Positions 42,235 through 54,550 of a stretch of DNA of 64,000 bases are shown one piece after another. Position numbers and translations under genes: made by a program. This DNA comes from Octopus vulgaris (taxonomy: Eukaryota): positions 142,290,001 through 142,354,000 of the forward strand of contig OX597817.1 of the NCBI GenBank assembly GCA_951406725.2, written 5' to 3'. Position 1 is the stretch's first letter, and each line of letters opens with the position of its first letter. Under the pieces are notes generated by a model. It saw only the letters and a list, made by a program, of their open reading frames with translations. It was not told where the DNA came from and did no database searches.

Positions 42235-42482
42235 TGGAGGCGCGTGGCTTAGTGGTTAGGGTGTCAGCATCATGATCGTAAGATTGTGGTTTCGATTCCT
42301 GCACCGGGCGACGCGTTGTGTTCTTGAGCAAAACACTTCATTTCACGCTGCTCCAGTCCACTCAGCTGGCAAAAATGAGTAACGCTGCGATGGACTGGCG
42401 TCCCGTCTAGCTGGGGAACACATACGCCATAGAAACCGGAAAACCGGGCCCATGAGCCTGGCTAGGCATTAAAAGGGCGCAT
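42235..42482 (+). mobile_element. tRNA-derived SINE with a V-domain-like central block
   Basis: A box TGGCTTAGTGG and B box GGTTTCGATTCC. CTGCGATGGACTGGCGTCCCGTC.AG...AGAAACCGG...GGGCC resembles the V-SINE domain. Confidence 0.8.
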
Positions 42483-42869
42483 TTATTTTTTTGTTATTTC
42501 GATTATTTTTTATGGACTCTGCTATCAAAGGAAAATACAAACTGTATGATCATAAAATGTTTATTTTGTCCTCTATGATCACGTCCAATCTTTTTGCTTC
42601 AATCGTTTGGTCAGCCTTCATGGGGAAATCCCACTTGATCTTCTAATTCTCCTTTTCTACCACAGCCTCTTGTATTCATACCACTTTCGTTTTGAATACA
42701 TATACTCGGTTAACATCCCTTTGCAGCATTCTTTTGCCTACACGGCCGTATCTGTGTTACATCATCACCATCATCATCATCATCATCATCATCAGTAAAG
42801 CTGTTACACGCTACTTTAGTTGGCAGGGATGTTGTCCTCAGGTTCGGTGAAAACAGTTTCTTCATACCA

Positions 42870-43060
42870 TAAGAATCCTTCACAGAATTCTTGAAGAATA
42901 CATGATTGCATTTTCCTGCAAGTCGACGAAGCCAGTCTCAGTTCCAATATCTCTCAGCCTCTTAGGTAGCTGATTGTGTATTATTCCAAGTGCACCAATA
43001 ACCACAGGAATATTGTACCTTTGCATTCTACAATCGCTTCATCTCAGTGGCTAACTCTGG
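42870..43060 (-). mobile_element. R4/Dong-clade LINE 3' fragment
   Basis: Minus-strand IPVVIGALGII...KRLRDIGTETGFVDLQEN. A (CAT)n tract lies downstream. Confidence 0.7.
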
Positions 43061-44001
43061 TTATATCTCTTTTTTTTTTATTATCCATTCTATTACCTTA
43101 TCGTATTACGAATTCTATATTATATCATATATATAGTTGAAAACATTTGTTATTTGTCATAGATTTAACATTTTCAAAAGAATGCTTAACATTCCCATAA
43201 ATTGAGATTAGTTAACGCAACGCTGTGATTTATCGACAAGTTAAAAATATGGATTAATGTGCGAAAAGTTTGGATTTGTGAAACAAAAATGTTCAATGCA
43301 ACATAAACACAAAATTAAAGAAACTTACTGTGGTTTCGACAACTTTTGAAGACTATGAATGAATGTACTAACACCAGTAGCATTTATGTCACATTAAATG
43401 AACTGAAGTAAAAGAGGAAATATAATTCAAGCTGGTATTTATACGGAAAGGTAGAAATGTTAAATTATGTATGGCAGTGTATATATATATATATACATAC
43501 ATACATACATACATACAGATATATGTGTATATATATATGTATATATAATAAATATATACATACATAAATACATACAGATATATGTATATATATATATATA
43601 TATATATTAGTCATGACAGGTTATATTTTGAAGGAAGAATTCGTATATTCAGCAAATTTTTGTAAATGCTAGAGGTGAGTAAAATGTCAAATTGCGCAAT
43701 GTAAAAAAATGAGTAAATATTCATAAATCTAGGTTTTAGGTTATGGTTAAGAAGATGAAGACTCAATATGTCAAAGAAAATTTAGCACTTTGAAAGTGAA
43801 TCGATTCTGAATGGGACTAGGGAACAGAACAAACATAGATAATTGTATGAATATATGCATGTACATATGTATGTATGCATGTATGTATCCATTATATAGG
43901 TATGTATAAGAAGAGAGAGACGAAATGACAGAAATAGAAGCAGTACTGTATGATTTGGGGTAACAGCCTTTTCGGAGTAAAGAGTTAAAGGAAAACACAG
44001 C

Positions 44002-44054
<53 letters not shown>

Positions 44055-44126
44055 ACACACACACAAACATACATACACACAAACATATATATATGTAAAA
44101 TATTCATTTATGTATGTATGCATGTG

Positions 44127-44158
<32 letters not shown>

Positions 44159-44832
44159 CGTGCATGCTTATATGGAGGTATTGAGCTATGATTTATCTTC
44201 TTAACCCATATCGGATGTTGAAAGTATCGAATCACTTCGAACGTTCTCTGTGGACAAGGATGTATAAGTTCAGAGTATTTGTTGTTAAGAAATAGAATTT
44301 GTTGCATAAATACATCTGAAAAGGAAAGGATCCCGTTCTCTGTGTGTGTGTGTGTGTGTGTGTGTGTCGTATTTTTCAACTGATTTTCTCCAGACTTGGA
44401 ACAAGCATTACTTAAGTTCCAGGAATGGTTTTAGATTCTTAAAATCTTTCACATAATGAGTAACGCGGCTCCTGTGAGCAGAAAATACCCGTTCCTGGGT
44501 TACGTGAAGGGAGGTAACTGTCTGCGAAATAACATTCAGAAATTGACTGCGTCTCTTCATCCATTAGTCATAAAAAATATTAATTATTTTTATATTAGAT
44601 TCACGTCTTTGAATGTTTTTAAAAATATTTACTTCCTGTTTTCTAGCATTATTGACGTATATATATTTCCTTCTATCTCTCTCTCTCGCTCTAACCATCT
44701 ATCTCTATATATCTCTCTCTCTCCATATCTCTCTGTCTATATCTCTATATAGCTATCTTTATCTTTCTATCTGTCTATCTCTCTGTATTTATCTGTCTAT
44801 ATCTTATCTATCTATATCTTATTTGTCTAACT

Positions 44833-44882
<50 letters not shown>

Positions 44883-45329
44883 CCATCTCTGTATCTCACT
44901 CAGACGCTATTTTTGCACCTTAATTTCAGCCTCTATTGATTTCACTAAGTTTTCAATCCCTATTTACAAACAACGGCAAATTATTGACAGAAAGAAGTTC
45001 ACAATTACTGATGGAAGTAATTTCATAATATACTGACATAAGTAACTTTATAAATTTCACTTCAATCCGTACACTTAGGAAATTTCCCTTCAAAATTCTT
45101 ATTTACTTTTGCAACGGTTATGTCTTTTCCTTTTGTTAGCGGCTTTTTCTGGTTCCTTCGATACTGGCTCTTTGTTTCCCTAAGTGACAAATTTCGCTTC
45201 AGCCCATAAAATTCTTTATTTTCCGTAAAAATTTATTTACTTTCTGACGTCGTGTTAAGAAATATAATTTCCGTTACCCAGTTATTTTCATTGTTTAGTA
45301 TCTTCTGCACCCGTGTATTTCTGTATATG

Positions 45330-46143
45330 TATATAACCATGCCAAGGGAAGTGTCAAATTTGTCTACAATGTCAAGGTCAGCCAAAAGACTGTCTCTGTC
45401 CAGGGAAAGAGAGACAGCTGCAAAAAGGGAAGCATACCATGGCTGACAAGGAATATGATCGTCACTGCAGAACAAAAGGCAGTTGCAACAACTCAGAGAA
45501 ACTCAGAGAAACAACTTCTATGAAGCAGCTTTCAATTATGAACCAGCAGCTCATCATGTAGGTGATGCTAGAGTTTCCATTGGTACAATGACAACTGAGT
45601 GCATACATTGTAAAGTAAGGAAGTGGTCTGGAGAGACACCTAGACTGTGCTGCAGTGGTGAAAAGTCTAAACTCCCTGCAATCCCCCAACCTCCAGAGCC
45701 ATTGAAGGAACTGTTGTCATGTTTGCCAAGATTCCAAGCACTTTTAAAACAAAATTAGACAATACAACACTGCACTACAGATGACAACTTTCAAGATCGG
45801 ATTGGTTCTCTACTACCTCTGTCAAATGTATCACCAAAATCGGCCTTTCATTGATTATAATCTGTAACTAGTTTTTTTTTTTTTGGTGGTGGTGGGTTAC
45901 GAAATAAGCTACACGAAACGTGTTTTTCAATTATGTTTAATTTATTTATATACATATATGAGTTGAAAACCTTCTTGTAATACTTCAGTTAACGTCTATG
46001 TTCCATGCTGGCATGGGTTGGAAAGTTATTAATGTAGAATGTTGGTATCTCAGCTACTAGCAGTTGAAACCTGCATAATCTAGACGGCGTTTTAAAATTT
46101 CATTATTTTTTTCAACCCGGGCAACAACGAGTATTTCTGCTAG
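45330..46143 (+). mobile_element. Internally deleted Helitron (RepHel N-terminal fragment plus 3' terminus)
   Basis: AAFNYEP...IGTMTTECIHCKVRKWSGETPRLCCSGEKSKLPAIPQPPEPLKELL, then after a frameshift IRQYNTALQMTTF, matching the Helitron N-terminal Zn motif. 3' end ACCCGGGCAACAACGAGT (decayed hairpin)-ATTTCTG-CTAG|T at 46140-46143. The 5' end is not located and may lie near 44445. Confidence 0.85.
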
Positions 46144-46406
46144 TACAATATATTTCAAGTTGGTATATTTATTTTACAGGACTTTGTCATTGACGTCTCC
46201 AGTAAGTGGTTCAGCTTCGATACGAACTAACAAGAATTCATGCGAAAATTCTTGGAATTGTTTATATTTGTATATCTGTTTTTTTCAATACGTGGAGTCG
46301 CTGGCGGCAGTTATGGAAAGGGAGATAATCACTTCTAGATAAAACTTGAGTCACGGCCAGGGATAAAATTTGAAGTTTAAATTTAACAGTTACGAAGACG
46401 TTAAAG

Positions 46407-46477
<71 letters not shown>

Positions 46478-46485
<8 letters not shown>

Positions 46486-46589
46486 AGTGAATTGAAGAAA
46501 TGGAGTTGAACGAAGATTGAACAGATTTCTGTTCAATCTTCGTTCAACTCCATTTCTTCAACTCCATTTCTTCAATTCACTAATAATAT
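46478..46589. repeat. Near-perfect palindrome with about 48-bp arms and a 14-bp internal duplication, adjoining (TA)n
   Basis: ATATTATTAGTGAATTGAAGAAATGGAGTTGAACGAAGATTGAACAGA-TT-TCTGTTCAATCTTCGTTCAACTCCATTTCTTCA[ACTCCATTTCTTCA]ATTCACTAATAATAT. Confidence 0.92.
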
Positions 46590-46724
46590 TAAAATTCAAT
46601 TATCCGCACCAACGCACGGTTGCAACACTATATGGTTGTACCTCCAACCGTGCTTTCTTCTGCTGTGATTTTTGCTACCAAGGTATCGGTTAAACTTTTG
46701 ATTAATCTGCAACAAGATTATTCA

Positions 46725-46797
<73 letters not shown>

Positions 46798-48104
46798 TTA
46801 TTTAATCATAACAAAGATCCAAAATATTTTTGGAATGCATGTTGTAAGGAATAAGTCTTTCTAATTGAGTGAAGAGTGTTGTTGTATCACCTATAGTTCG
46901 TGTGGCGCCAGTTAAGTTCTGCTGCGGATTATAAGACTTGATGTTTCTTTTTGTTTTTGGTAGTTCATCTTCGGCAGATATCCTGTGTACACTTAATTTC
47001 ATCTATGAACAAACAACAGACGAGAGAGCAGCCATATAATATTTAGAGAAAATGTTCAAATATAGCTTTCAACGTTATTTTCAGGGAACTATTTCTATCA
47101 AATCTACAAATGATATTCTTGGGCTGGTTAGAATGTCTTAGAATATAGCACAGATTGTCATCAGGTTAACTGTAGGGACATCTTGGTGAACTATTGAAAC
47201 ATAAAAAGATATCTCAGAATTTGACAGTACTTAGCTTCCTGTCAATTACAGTTTCCCAGTGTCTATTGGTGACAAGTATCACGTTATATTTCATTAGTAA
47301 GAGCAAAATTTTTCCGTTAGACCATAGAGTTTATAATATATCTATTATTGTCCATTTGTTTCGTAACTTTCTTCATGCAATCACGAGTCAAACCAGATAT
47401 TGCTGTACTTTCTGATATGAACTCTGCTTATACAGACACAAATGTTATTAGTTGATGTTCTGCATGGGATAAATTACTACGTAATAAATATTTCTGTTAT
47501 AAAAGTATTTCACCATGTATTTGTAATATTCTCTGCAACTAGATGTATTCGTTTTGCGTGTGTGTGTCCGCGCGCGTGTGTGAGTATGTCTGCGGGCGCC
47601 GAGCATTTGGGTGTCTGTTATTAGCTATATATTATATACCTAATTATAAAATTAGTTATACAAATGGCTTTTATCACAATTCTCTTTCAAATGGAAACAC
47701 TGTCCCATATATGTATATTTTCACACCAAATATACTTTAAAACTGGATTCCACAAATAATTCTATATATTCGTCTTCTTGAATCGTACGCCTGCAGCGCA
47801 TTGACGATGCTGCAACGAAGTCCTTCCCGATTAAGCAAGAGTTCTCCATCTGCTTTGCCACTCTTGTCCAACCAGCTCCAGATATTAGCCTTCTTTCGCA
47901 TTCTTTACCTGCCTCCTGATCTGCCACCCTCAACTTTTCCTTCCATGATAATGTTTTTCAAACTTCCGCTTTTTCGAAAATGGTCGTCATCAATGTGCTT
48001 TCACTTTTTGTTTCTCGCTCGTTTATTTTTGGCGAGGGACATATTTCTTGAACAACTCCCAGCGTATTCGCAATGCCTTTTTGTCATGGTGTTTTATCAT
48101 TATT

Positions 48105-48138
<34 letters not shown>

Positions 48139-48139
48139 A

Positions 48140-48182
<43 letters not shown>

Positions 48183-48214
48183 GTTGTTGTTATTGTTTTT
48201 GTTGTTGTTGTTAT

Positions 48215-49145
48215 TTCCTTTTTATCACAAGTTTTGATGGAGCTCTTGGAGTTTTGCATGCGTATGGGCTTACTAACTGTGGCCTACAGCACCTTGCTAT
48301 TCGTTCTTTTCAGCTATCTAATACTTCCCCTGAATATTCTGGCCATGCCAAGGAGGCACACCTTTTGTAACAGTTCTCCTGAGTACTCTATTCCAATTTC
48401 CTTTATATTTCTATTGATGCCTTCTGATACTTTTCCCCAGGATCTAACAATAATTAGCAATATCTTCCCTGTCTTCATTTTACATATCCGGTATATTTTG
48501 TACTTAAGAGAGTTGTATATATCTATCTTACTCATTCCAGTGGTTGACCTTCCAGTTCGTGGCCAAAGTTTGGTCTTGCGCTGTCAGTATAGTGCCCTCG
48601 GTCTCATTTTGGTGTTCCTTTCATAAGCCTATCCCATATATTTTTCCAGCAACTTCTGTTATGGCTACATGGAACTGATTGATTGTGAAGTCCCAGAGAA
48701 TTGACATATTTTCTCCCTCAGTCACAGCTTCAGGATGGTGTTTATACCATTTGTCAGCGGTTTTGATTTTATAATGCCGACATATTGTCCAGTGAAAATA
48801 CTGGCCGACTCTGTCATGTTTTACTTTATATTCTACAGGTACTAAGACTCTACACCCTGAGATTAGGTGGTCTATTGTTTCAATCTCATTGTTACAGAAT
48901 GAGCATTTTGGGTCAGCTCCATTTTTTTATCACATTGGCTTGCTAGTTCCGGGTTAATAAGCTTTGGTCTTAAGCAGTCAATACGAAACCTTCAGTCTCT
49001 GCTTTTAGTCCTGAGCTTCGTAACCATTGATGCGTGTGTTTCTGGTCGACATCAGCTTGTTTGCTACGAGCCACATACTTGCCATGCAGAGGTTTCTGTT
49101 CCCATCTGCTAGAAAGTTTTTCATCTGCTTTTGTCTTTGCAATAT
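48215..49145 (-). mobile_element. R4/Dong-clade LINE, 5'-truncated, inside (TAA)n
   Basis: Minus-strand WEQKPLHGKY...HQWLRSSGLK, AETEGFV, CCHC knuckle KCSFCNNEIETIDHLISGC, KHDRVGQYFHW, ILWDFTI, LQKVCLLGMARIFR. Both flanks are (TTA)n, matching the known TAA-repeat targeting of Dong elements. Confidence 0.9.
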
Positions 49146-49147
49146 CA

Positions 49148-49232
<85 letters not shown>

Positions 49233-49396
49233 CATTATTCTAGGATCGAAAGGAATGAGAATGAAAAGTAAGAAAATACAATCCCTTAACATTGTTGATA
49301 CTTAAGGTTATAAGGCTGTAACCCGCTCTCCTACATAAATCCCACAAGGAATAAGACCGAACCTGAATTAAAACAAATAATAATAATAATAATACT

Positions 49397-49742
49397 TTAG
49401 GTACAAGGCCAGCAATTTCAGGGGAAGGGGTAAATCGATTTTATTGACCCCAGTATATAACTGGTACTAATTTTATCGTCACTGAAATGGTGAAAGACAA
49501 TGTCGACCTCAGTGGAATTTGAACTCAGTACATGATGACGGACGAAATGCCGCCAAGCATTATGCCCGGCGTGCTAACGATTCTGCCATTTTTATGTTAT
49601 AAGATCAAACTCTACCGAGGCCTACTTTGCCTTTTATCTTTTTCGGGGTCGATGAAATAAGCACCAATTGCGCAATGGGGTCGATGTCATCGACTTCCTC
49701 CATCACCCAAATATCAGGTCTTATGCCTATAATAGAAAAGAT
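49397..49742. mobile_element. Two diverged family-B SINEs, divergently oriented (minus 49397-49590, plus 49605-49742)
   Basis: Matches to the family-B consensus on opposite strands. Confidence 0.75.
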
Positions 49743-50185
49743 TATTATTATTATTATTATTCTTTGGGGAAGACTCCGTCCGACGTGCCGAATTTTTGAT
49801 GTTTTCGATGCGGCTCAAAGTCACACCTTCATTTCTAAAAGAAATATTTTTAATATATCTAATAACACCTTGTGGGAAAATAAAAAAAAATAACAGACAC
49901 TTGTGGAAGATATAAAATTGTTAATAAATTTTTTTAACAGATTTTTGTGATTACAGTTCTATATCGTAATTTACAACATTATTTATGACCTCTGTATAGG
50001 AATAAATTGTTTATGAAAGACTCATATCACTGTGTTTTGTACCTTTCTACACGCATTATTTAGAAACGGTCTTGATAGGAAGCATTGTAAAAAAAGTTTC
50101 TGTTTTATTTATTCAAAAATGTCTCTCTTGGTGTGTTTTTTTCCACGTAGTATAACCACATAAAGGCACATGCAAATGTAGACGA

Positions 50186-50253
<68 letters not shown>

Positions 50254-50377
50254 TATATAGAAGGAGCTTCTACAGGACTAGAACTGAATAAGCTCCTTCT
50301 ATATAATAAATTAATTATACTCTGCTATGTATTGAGTACCTTATTTACTGTGGTTAACCCCGAATCAACCCGGGACC

Positions 50378-50440
<63 letters not shown>

Positions 50441-50839
50441 GACAAGAATGCAAAACATTCAGAAGACGATACAAAAAACACGGACTGGATCATTCGAAGC
50501 CTTCAATCTTCAGTCAAGAACCGGATCATCCTCGCAATTTCGGCTGATTAATCTTGAGATTGATCCAATCTGGCCAGCCCCAAGGAAAAACTAAGCTAAG
50601 CGCATTAGATTCCTTGGAAAAAAAGCTTCGAATTATACGAAACAAGAACGGAAAAACAGACGATGTTACACGAATATGAATACAAAAATAATACGATAAA
50701 ACAACAACAATAGTAATAATAATAACAATAACAGGACATCACAACAGACGTCTTTCGACTTAAATGAATTGAACTCAGCTGGCATGATAGGAATGTGCCT
50801 TGGGGCAGAGAAACAAAATGTTGATGTTACCACGACGAC

Positions 50840-50995
50840 GGTTTTTAAGCAGTTTCATTCAACCAAATCCACTCAGAAAGCTTTCGTCGGCCCGAGGTTA
50901 TAGTAGAAGACACTTGCTCAAGGATCTACGTAGTGAGACTGAACCCAGAACTACCTGGCTGAGAAGCAAGCTTCTTATCGCACAGCCACGCCCGC
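50840..50995 (-). mobile_element. Family-A SINE 5' half
   Basis: CCAAATCCACTCA...GTCGGCCCGAGG.TATAGTAGAAGACACTTGC...CACAGCCAC. Confidence 0.8.
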
Positions 50996-51828
50996 GCTGC
51001 AGTTTTTCTAAAATAACTTGAATTGGTTTTACATACGAGGAAAAGGTGGCAGATGATAAGTAAAAACGATGGTGAATGTTGGTTGAAAAGAGTATGGAGC
51101 TGATAATTCAAGAGAATAGTCGATGAGGACTTAATAACGTATAGGTTTATATAATTTGAGTTGGTTGTGGAACAAATAAAAGTGATCTCAACTAGCAGAG
51201 AAAAAAATTTGATGTTTTTGTAATAGCCATAGAAAATATAACGTGTGCAAAAGACGGAAATGGTAAAAGAAGACGGCATCAAAGAAAGAAATATATAACG
51301 AGATGATATCAAAGGGAGAAAAATGGAGTAAGTGGTTTGGAATAAATCATAGAAATTGCTTGTAAGAGACAAACCTTAAAGTCGAACTGAAAGTTTTCAT
51401 ATGAACGCAATAACTGTCCATCAAAAGCAAACTAATTCAAGACTAAAAGAGATAATATCAATAGATAAGAAAAGAGAATGATATGCACTGGGTATCTATG
51501 AAACAATTAAATATTTGGTTAGGCATAAAATGAAATAGCTGAAAGAGATTAGGAAAGACAACGTGATTGGTTAGACGAACAAAAAAATGCAATCTGGTAG
51601 AAAAATAGCGAATGGGTGGACTTGGTTTGCAGGATGTAGTTTCAGACTTTTTTGTTTAGGTTTGAGTCAGGCATAATCGAAGAGACAGGATCGAATACGT
51701 CCCAAACCGCCACATTCACGGATATATGAAGGCGTGTGCCCTTCTGGTAAGAATGTCACACTTACAATTGTAGAATCGGAGTTTCGATTCCCTAACCTGA
51801 CGGTGTGTGGTGTTCTTAAGCGAAATAA

Positions 51829-52036
51829 TTGTCCTCATCTTGTTTGTTGTCAACACAACGTTTCGGCTGATATAAATATACCCTCCAGCCTTCATGAGGT
51901 GTCCTGGGGGAATTTCGAACTTGATTCATCTTTTTCTTCTTCTTCTTCTTATTATTATTATCCAGGTCACTACCTGGAATCGAACTTGGGATCTTGGGGT
52001 TAGTAGCCGGCGCTCTTAGCCACTACGTCATGTGTC
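51829..52036 (-). mobile_element. tRNA-headed SINE with a hammerhead-like (Penelope pLTR-type) 3' region
   Basis: Minus-strand head TGACGTAGTGGCTAAGAGCG...CAAGTTCGATTCCAGG (A and B boxes). Tail GACAC-CTCATGA-A-GGCTG...CAGCC-GAAA-CGTT-GTGTT at 51852-51903. Confidence 0.7.
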
Positions 52037-52129
52037 TTTGGGCAATTATGGAGTGAATTTTAGGGCTTATAAATCTATTTTTTTTCCTATTCTTTCTTAA
52101 TACCGGTCCCCATACTCTACTCATATCTG

Positions 52130-52915
52130 CACATGGTTCCGGGTTCAGTCCCACTGCGTAGCACCTTGGGCAAGTGTCTTCTTCTATAGCCTCGGGCCGA
52201 CCAAAGCCTTGTGAGTGGATTTGGTAGATGGAAACTGAAACAAGCCCGTCGTATATATGTGCGTGTATATATGTGCGTGTATGCTTGTGTGTCTGTGTTT
52301 GTCCCCCTAGCATTGCTTGACACAACCGATGCTGGTGTATTTACGTCGCCGTCACTTAGCGGTTCGGCAAAAAGAGACCGATAGAATAAGTACTGGGCTC
52401 ACAAAAAGAATAAGTCCCGGGGTCGAGTTGCTCGACTAAAGGCGGTGCTCCAGCATGGCCGCAGTTAAATTACTGAAACAGTAAAAGAGTAAAATAGTAT
52501 AGGCGCAGGAGTGGCTGTGTGGTAAGTAGCTTGTTTACCAACCACATGGTTCCGGGTTCAGTCCCACTGCGTGGCACCTTGGGCAAGTGTCTTCTACTAT
52601 AGCCTCGGGCCGACCAAAGCCTTGTGAGTGGATTTGGTAGGCGGAAACTGAAAGAAGCCCGTCGTATATATGTATATATATGTATGTGCGTGTATGTTTG
52701 TGTGTCTGTGTTTGTCCCCCTAGCATTTCTTGACAACCGATGCTGGTGTGTTTACGTCGCCGTCACCTAGCGGTTCGGCAAAAGAAACCGATAGAATAAG
52801 TACTGGGCTTACAAAGAATAAGTCCCGGGGTCGAGTTGCTCGACTAAAGGTGGTGCTCCAGCATGGCCGCAGTCAAATGAATGAAACAAGTAAAAGAGTA
52901 GAAGAGTAAGAGTAT
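52130..52915 (+). mobile_element. Two young family-A SINEs in tandem (truncated 52130-52495, full 52500-52915)
   Basis: Nearly identical copies with full tails. Confidence 0.92.
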
Positions 52916-53391
52916 ACAGTACAGTATTGTTTCTACTTCGCAGATTTTCACCGATCTCGTGGTGGGGTGGAACATAACATCCGCGATAGACGAGGGATTA
53001 CTGTATACACACATTTATACCTACATACGCATACACATACACATACACATAAATACATGCATGTGTATTTGTTTGTTTGTGTGTGTGTGTGTGTGTGTGT
53101 ACTCTGATTTTAAATAGTTTTAATAGAACTTGATGCAATCACCGCAATCGCCAAGACCACATCGATGACAAACACCTCCGTCTCCGTTCCTACCATTCCC
53201 AACACCGCTACCACCACTATAACAACTACTGTCTTCTATCACTTCTGCCAATCATCAATCTGTGATGTAGTTACAAAGAGGATGGACAAATATTTTAAAT
53301 GTGTTACAAGCACAACGTGGTGTTAGGTAAAAACTGATTTAGACCAACGAGTTTTAACAGCCAAAATGTCTTACACCACGTTACTTTAGAC

Positions 53392-54296
53392 CAGTTGTTC
53401 CCAAAACATCTTCGGGTTGCCGCCCTATTGACACCGAGGCCATATTCCTAGCGCCCCCACCCCAACTAGCTATTACAACCATAGACCTCTTTCTGAAGCA
53501 AATTCAAAGCAACTGGACTTCACATGTTTTTACATGAATCGCTACCCCATTATCGTCCCACTTTTCACATGAATCGCTACCTCATTATAGTCCCACTTTT
53601 CACATGAATCGCTACCCCATTATCGTCCCACTTTTCCCATGAATCGCTACCCCATTATCGTCCCACTTTTCCCATGAATCGTTACCCCATTATCGTCCCA
53701 CTTTTCCCATGAATCGCTACCCCATTATCGTCCCACTTTTCCCATGAATCGCTACCCATTATCGTCCCACTTTTCCCATGAATCGCTACCCCATTATCGT
53801 CCCACTTTTCCCATGAATCGCTACCCCATTATCGTCCCACTTTTCACATGAATCGCTACCCCATTATAGTCCCACTTTTCACATGAATCGCTACCCCATT
53901 ATCGTCCCACTTTTCAAATGAATCGCTACCCCATTATCGTCCCACTTTTCCCATGAATCGCTACCCCATTATCCTCCAACTTTTCCCATGAATCACTACC
54001 CCATTATCCTCCAACTTTTCCCATGAATCGCTACCCCATTATCGTCCCACTTTTCCCATGAATCGCTACCCCATTATCGTCTCACTTTTCCCATGAATCG
54101 CTACCCCATTATCCTCCAACTTTTCCCATGAATCGCTACCCCATTATCGTCCCACTTTTCACATGAATCGCTACCCCATTATCGTCCCACTTTTCCCATG
54201 AATCGCTACTCCATTATCGTTCCACTTTTCTTTAACACCCCCTTGGCACTTTCCATCGCTCCACGATGGGCAATACTGCCCACTTTGAGAACACTG
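53392..54296. mobile_element. Non-autonomous hAT (Charlie-like) transposon carrying a minisatellite
   Basis: Perfect 8-bp TSD CTTTAGAC (53384-91 and 54297-304). TIRs CAGTTGTTCCCAAA / TTTGAGAACACTG. Confidence 0.9.
53528..54230. repeat. 35-bp minisatellite, about 20 copies
   Basis: Unit TTTTC(C/A)CATGAATCGCTACCCCATTATCGTCCCAC, with minor variants (ATCCTCCAAC, ATAGTCCCAC). Confidence 0.97.
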
Positions 54297-54470
54297 CTTT
54301 AGACCAAAGTGATGAATACCATAAGTTAGACTTCTATCATAGCTCCAATTCGTAAATAATTTACCAGTATTTGTAAGCGGTTATTGAGCACTTTCAGTGT
54401 TGTGTACTTAGCTTAGATGAGGTGAGATAAATTCTGTGATGAGCTTAGATGAGTTGAGATAAATTTCATA

Positions 54471-54550
<80 letters not shown>

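Noticed and set aside
42235-42310. tRNA genes at SINE heads (also about 2714, 28610 and 52036)
   Set aside because: A and B boxes are present but the cloverleaf pairing is incomplete, and each continues into a SINE body.
53528-54230. CRISPR-like array (35-bp periodicity)
   Set aside because: The units are contiguous with no unique spacers, the context is eukaryotic, there are no cas genes, and it lies inside a hAT element.
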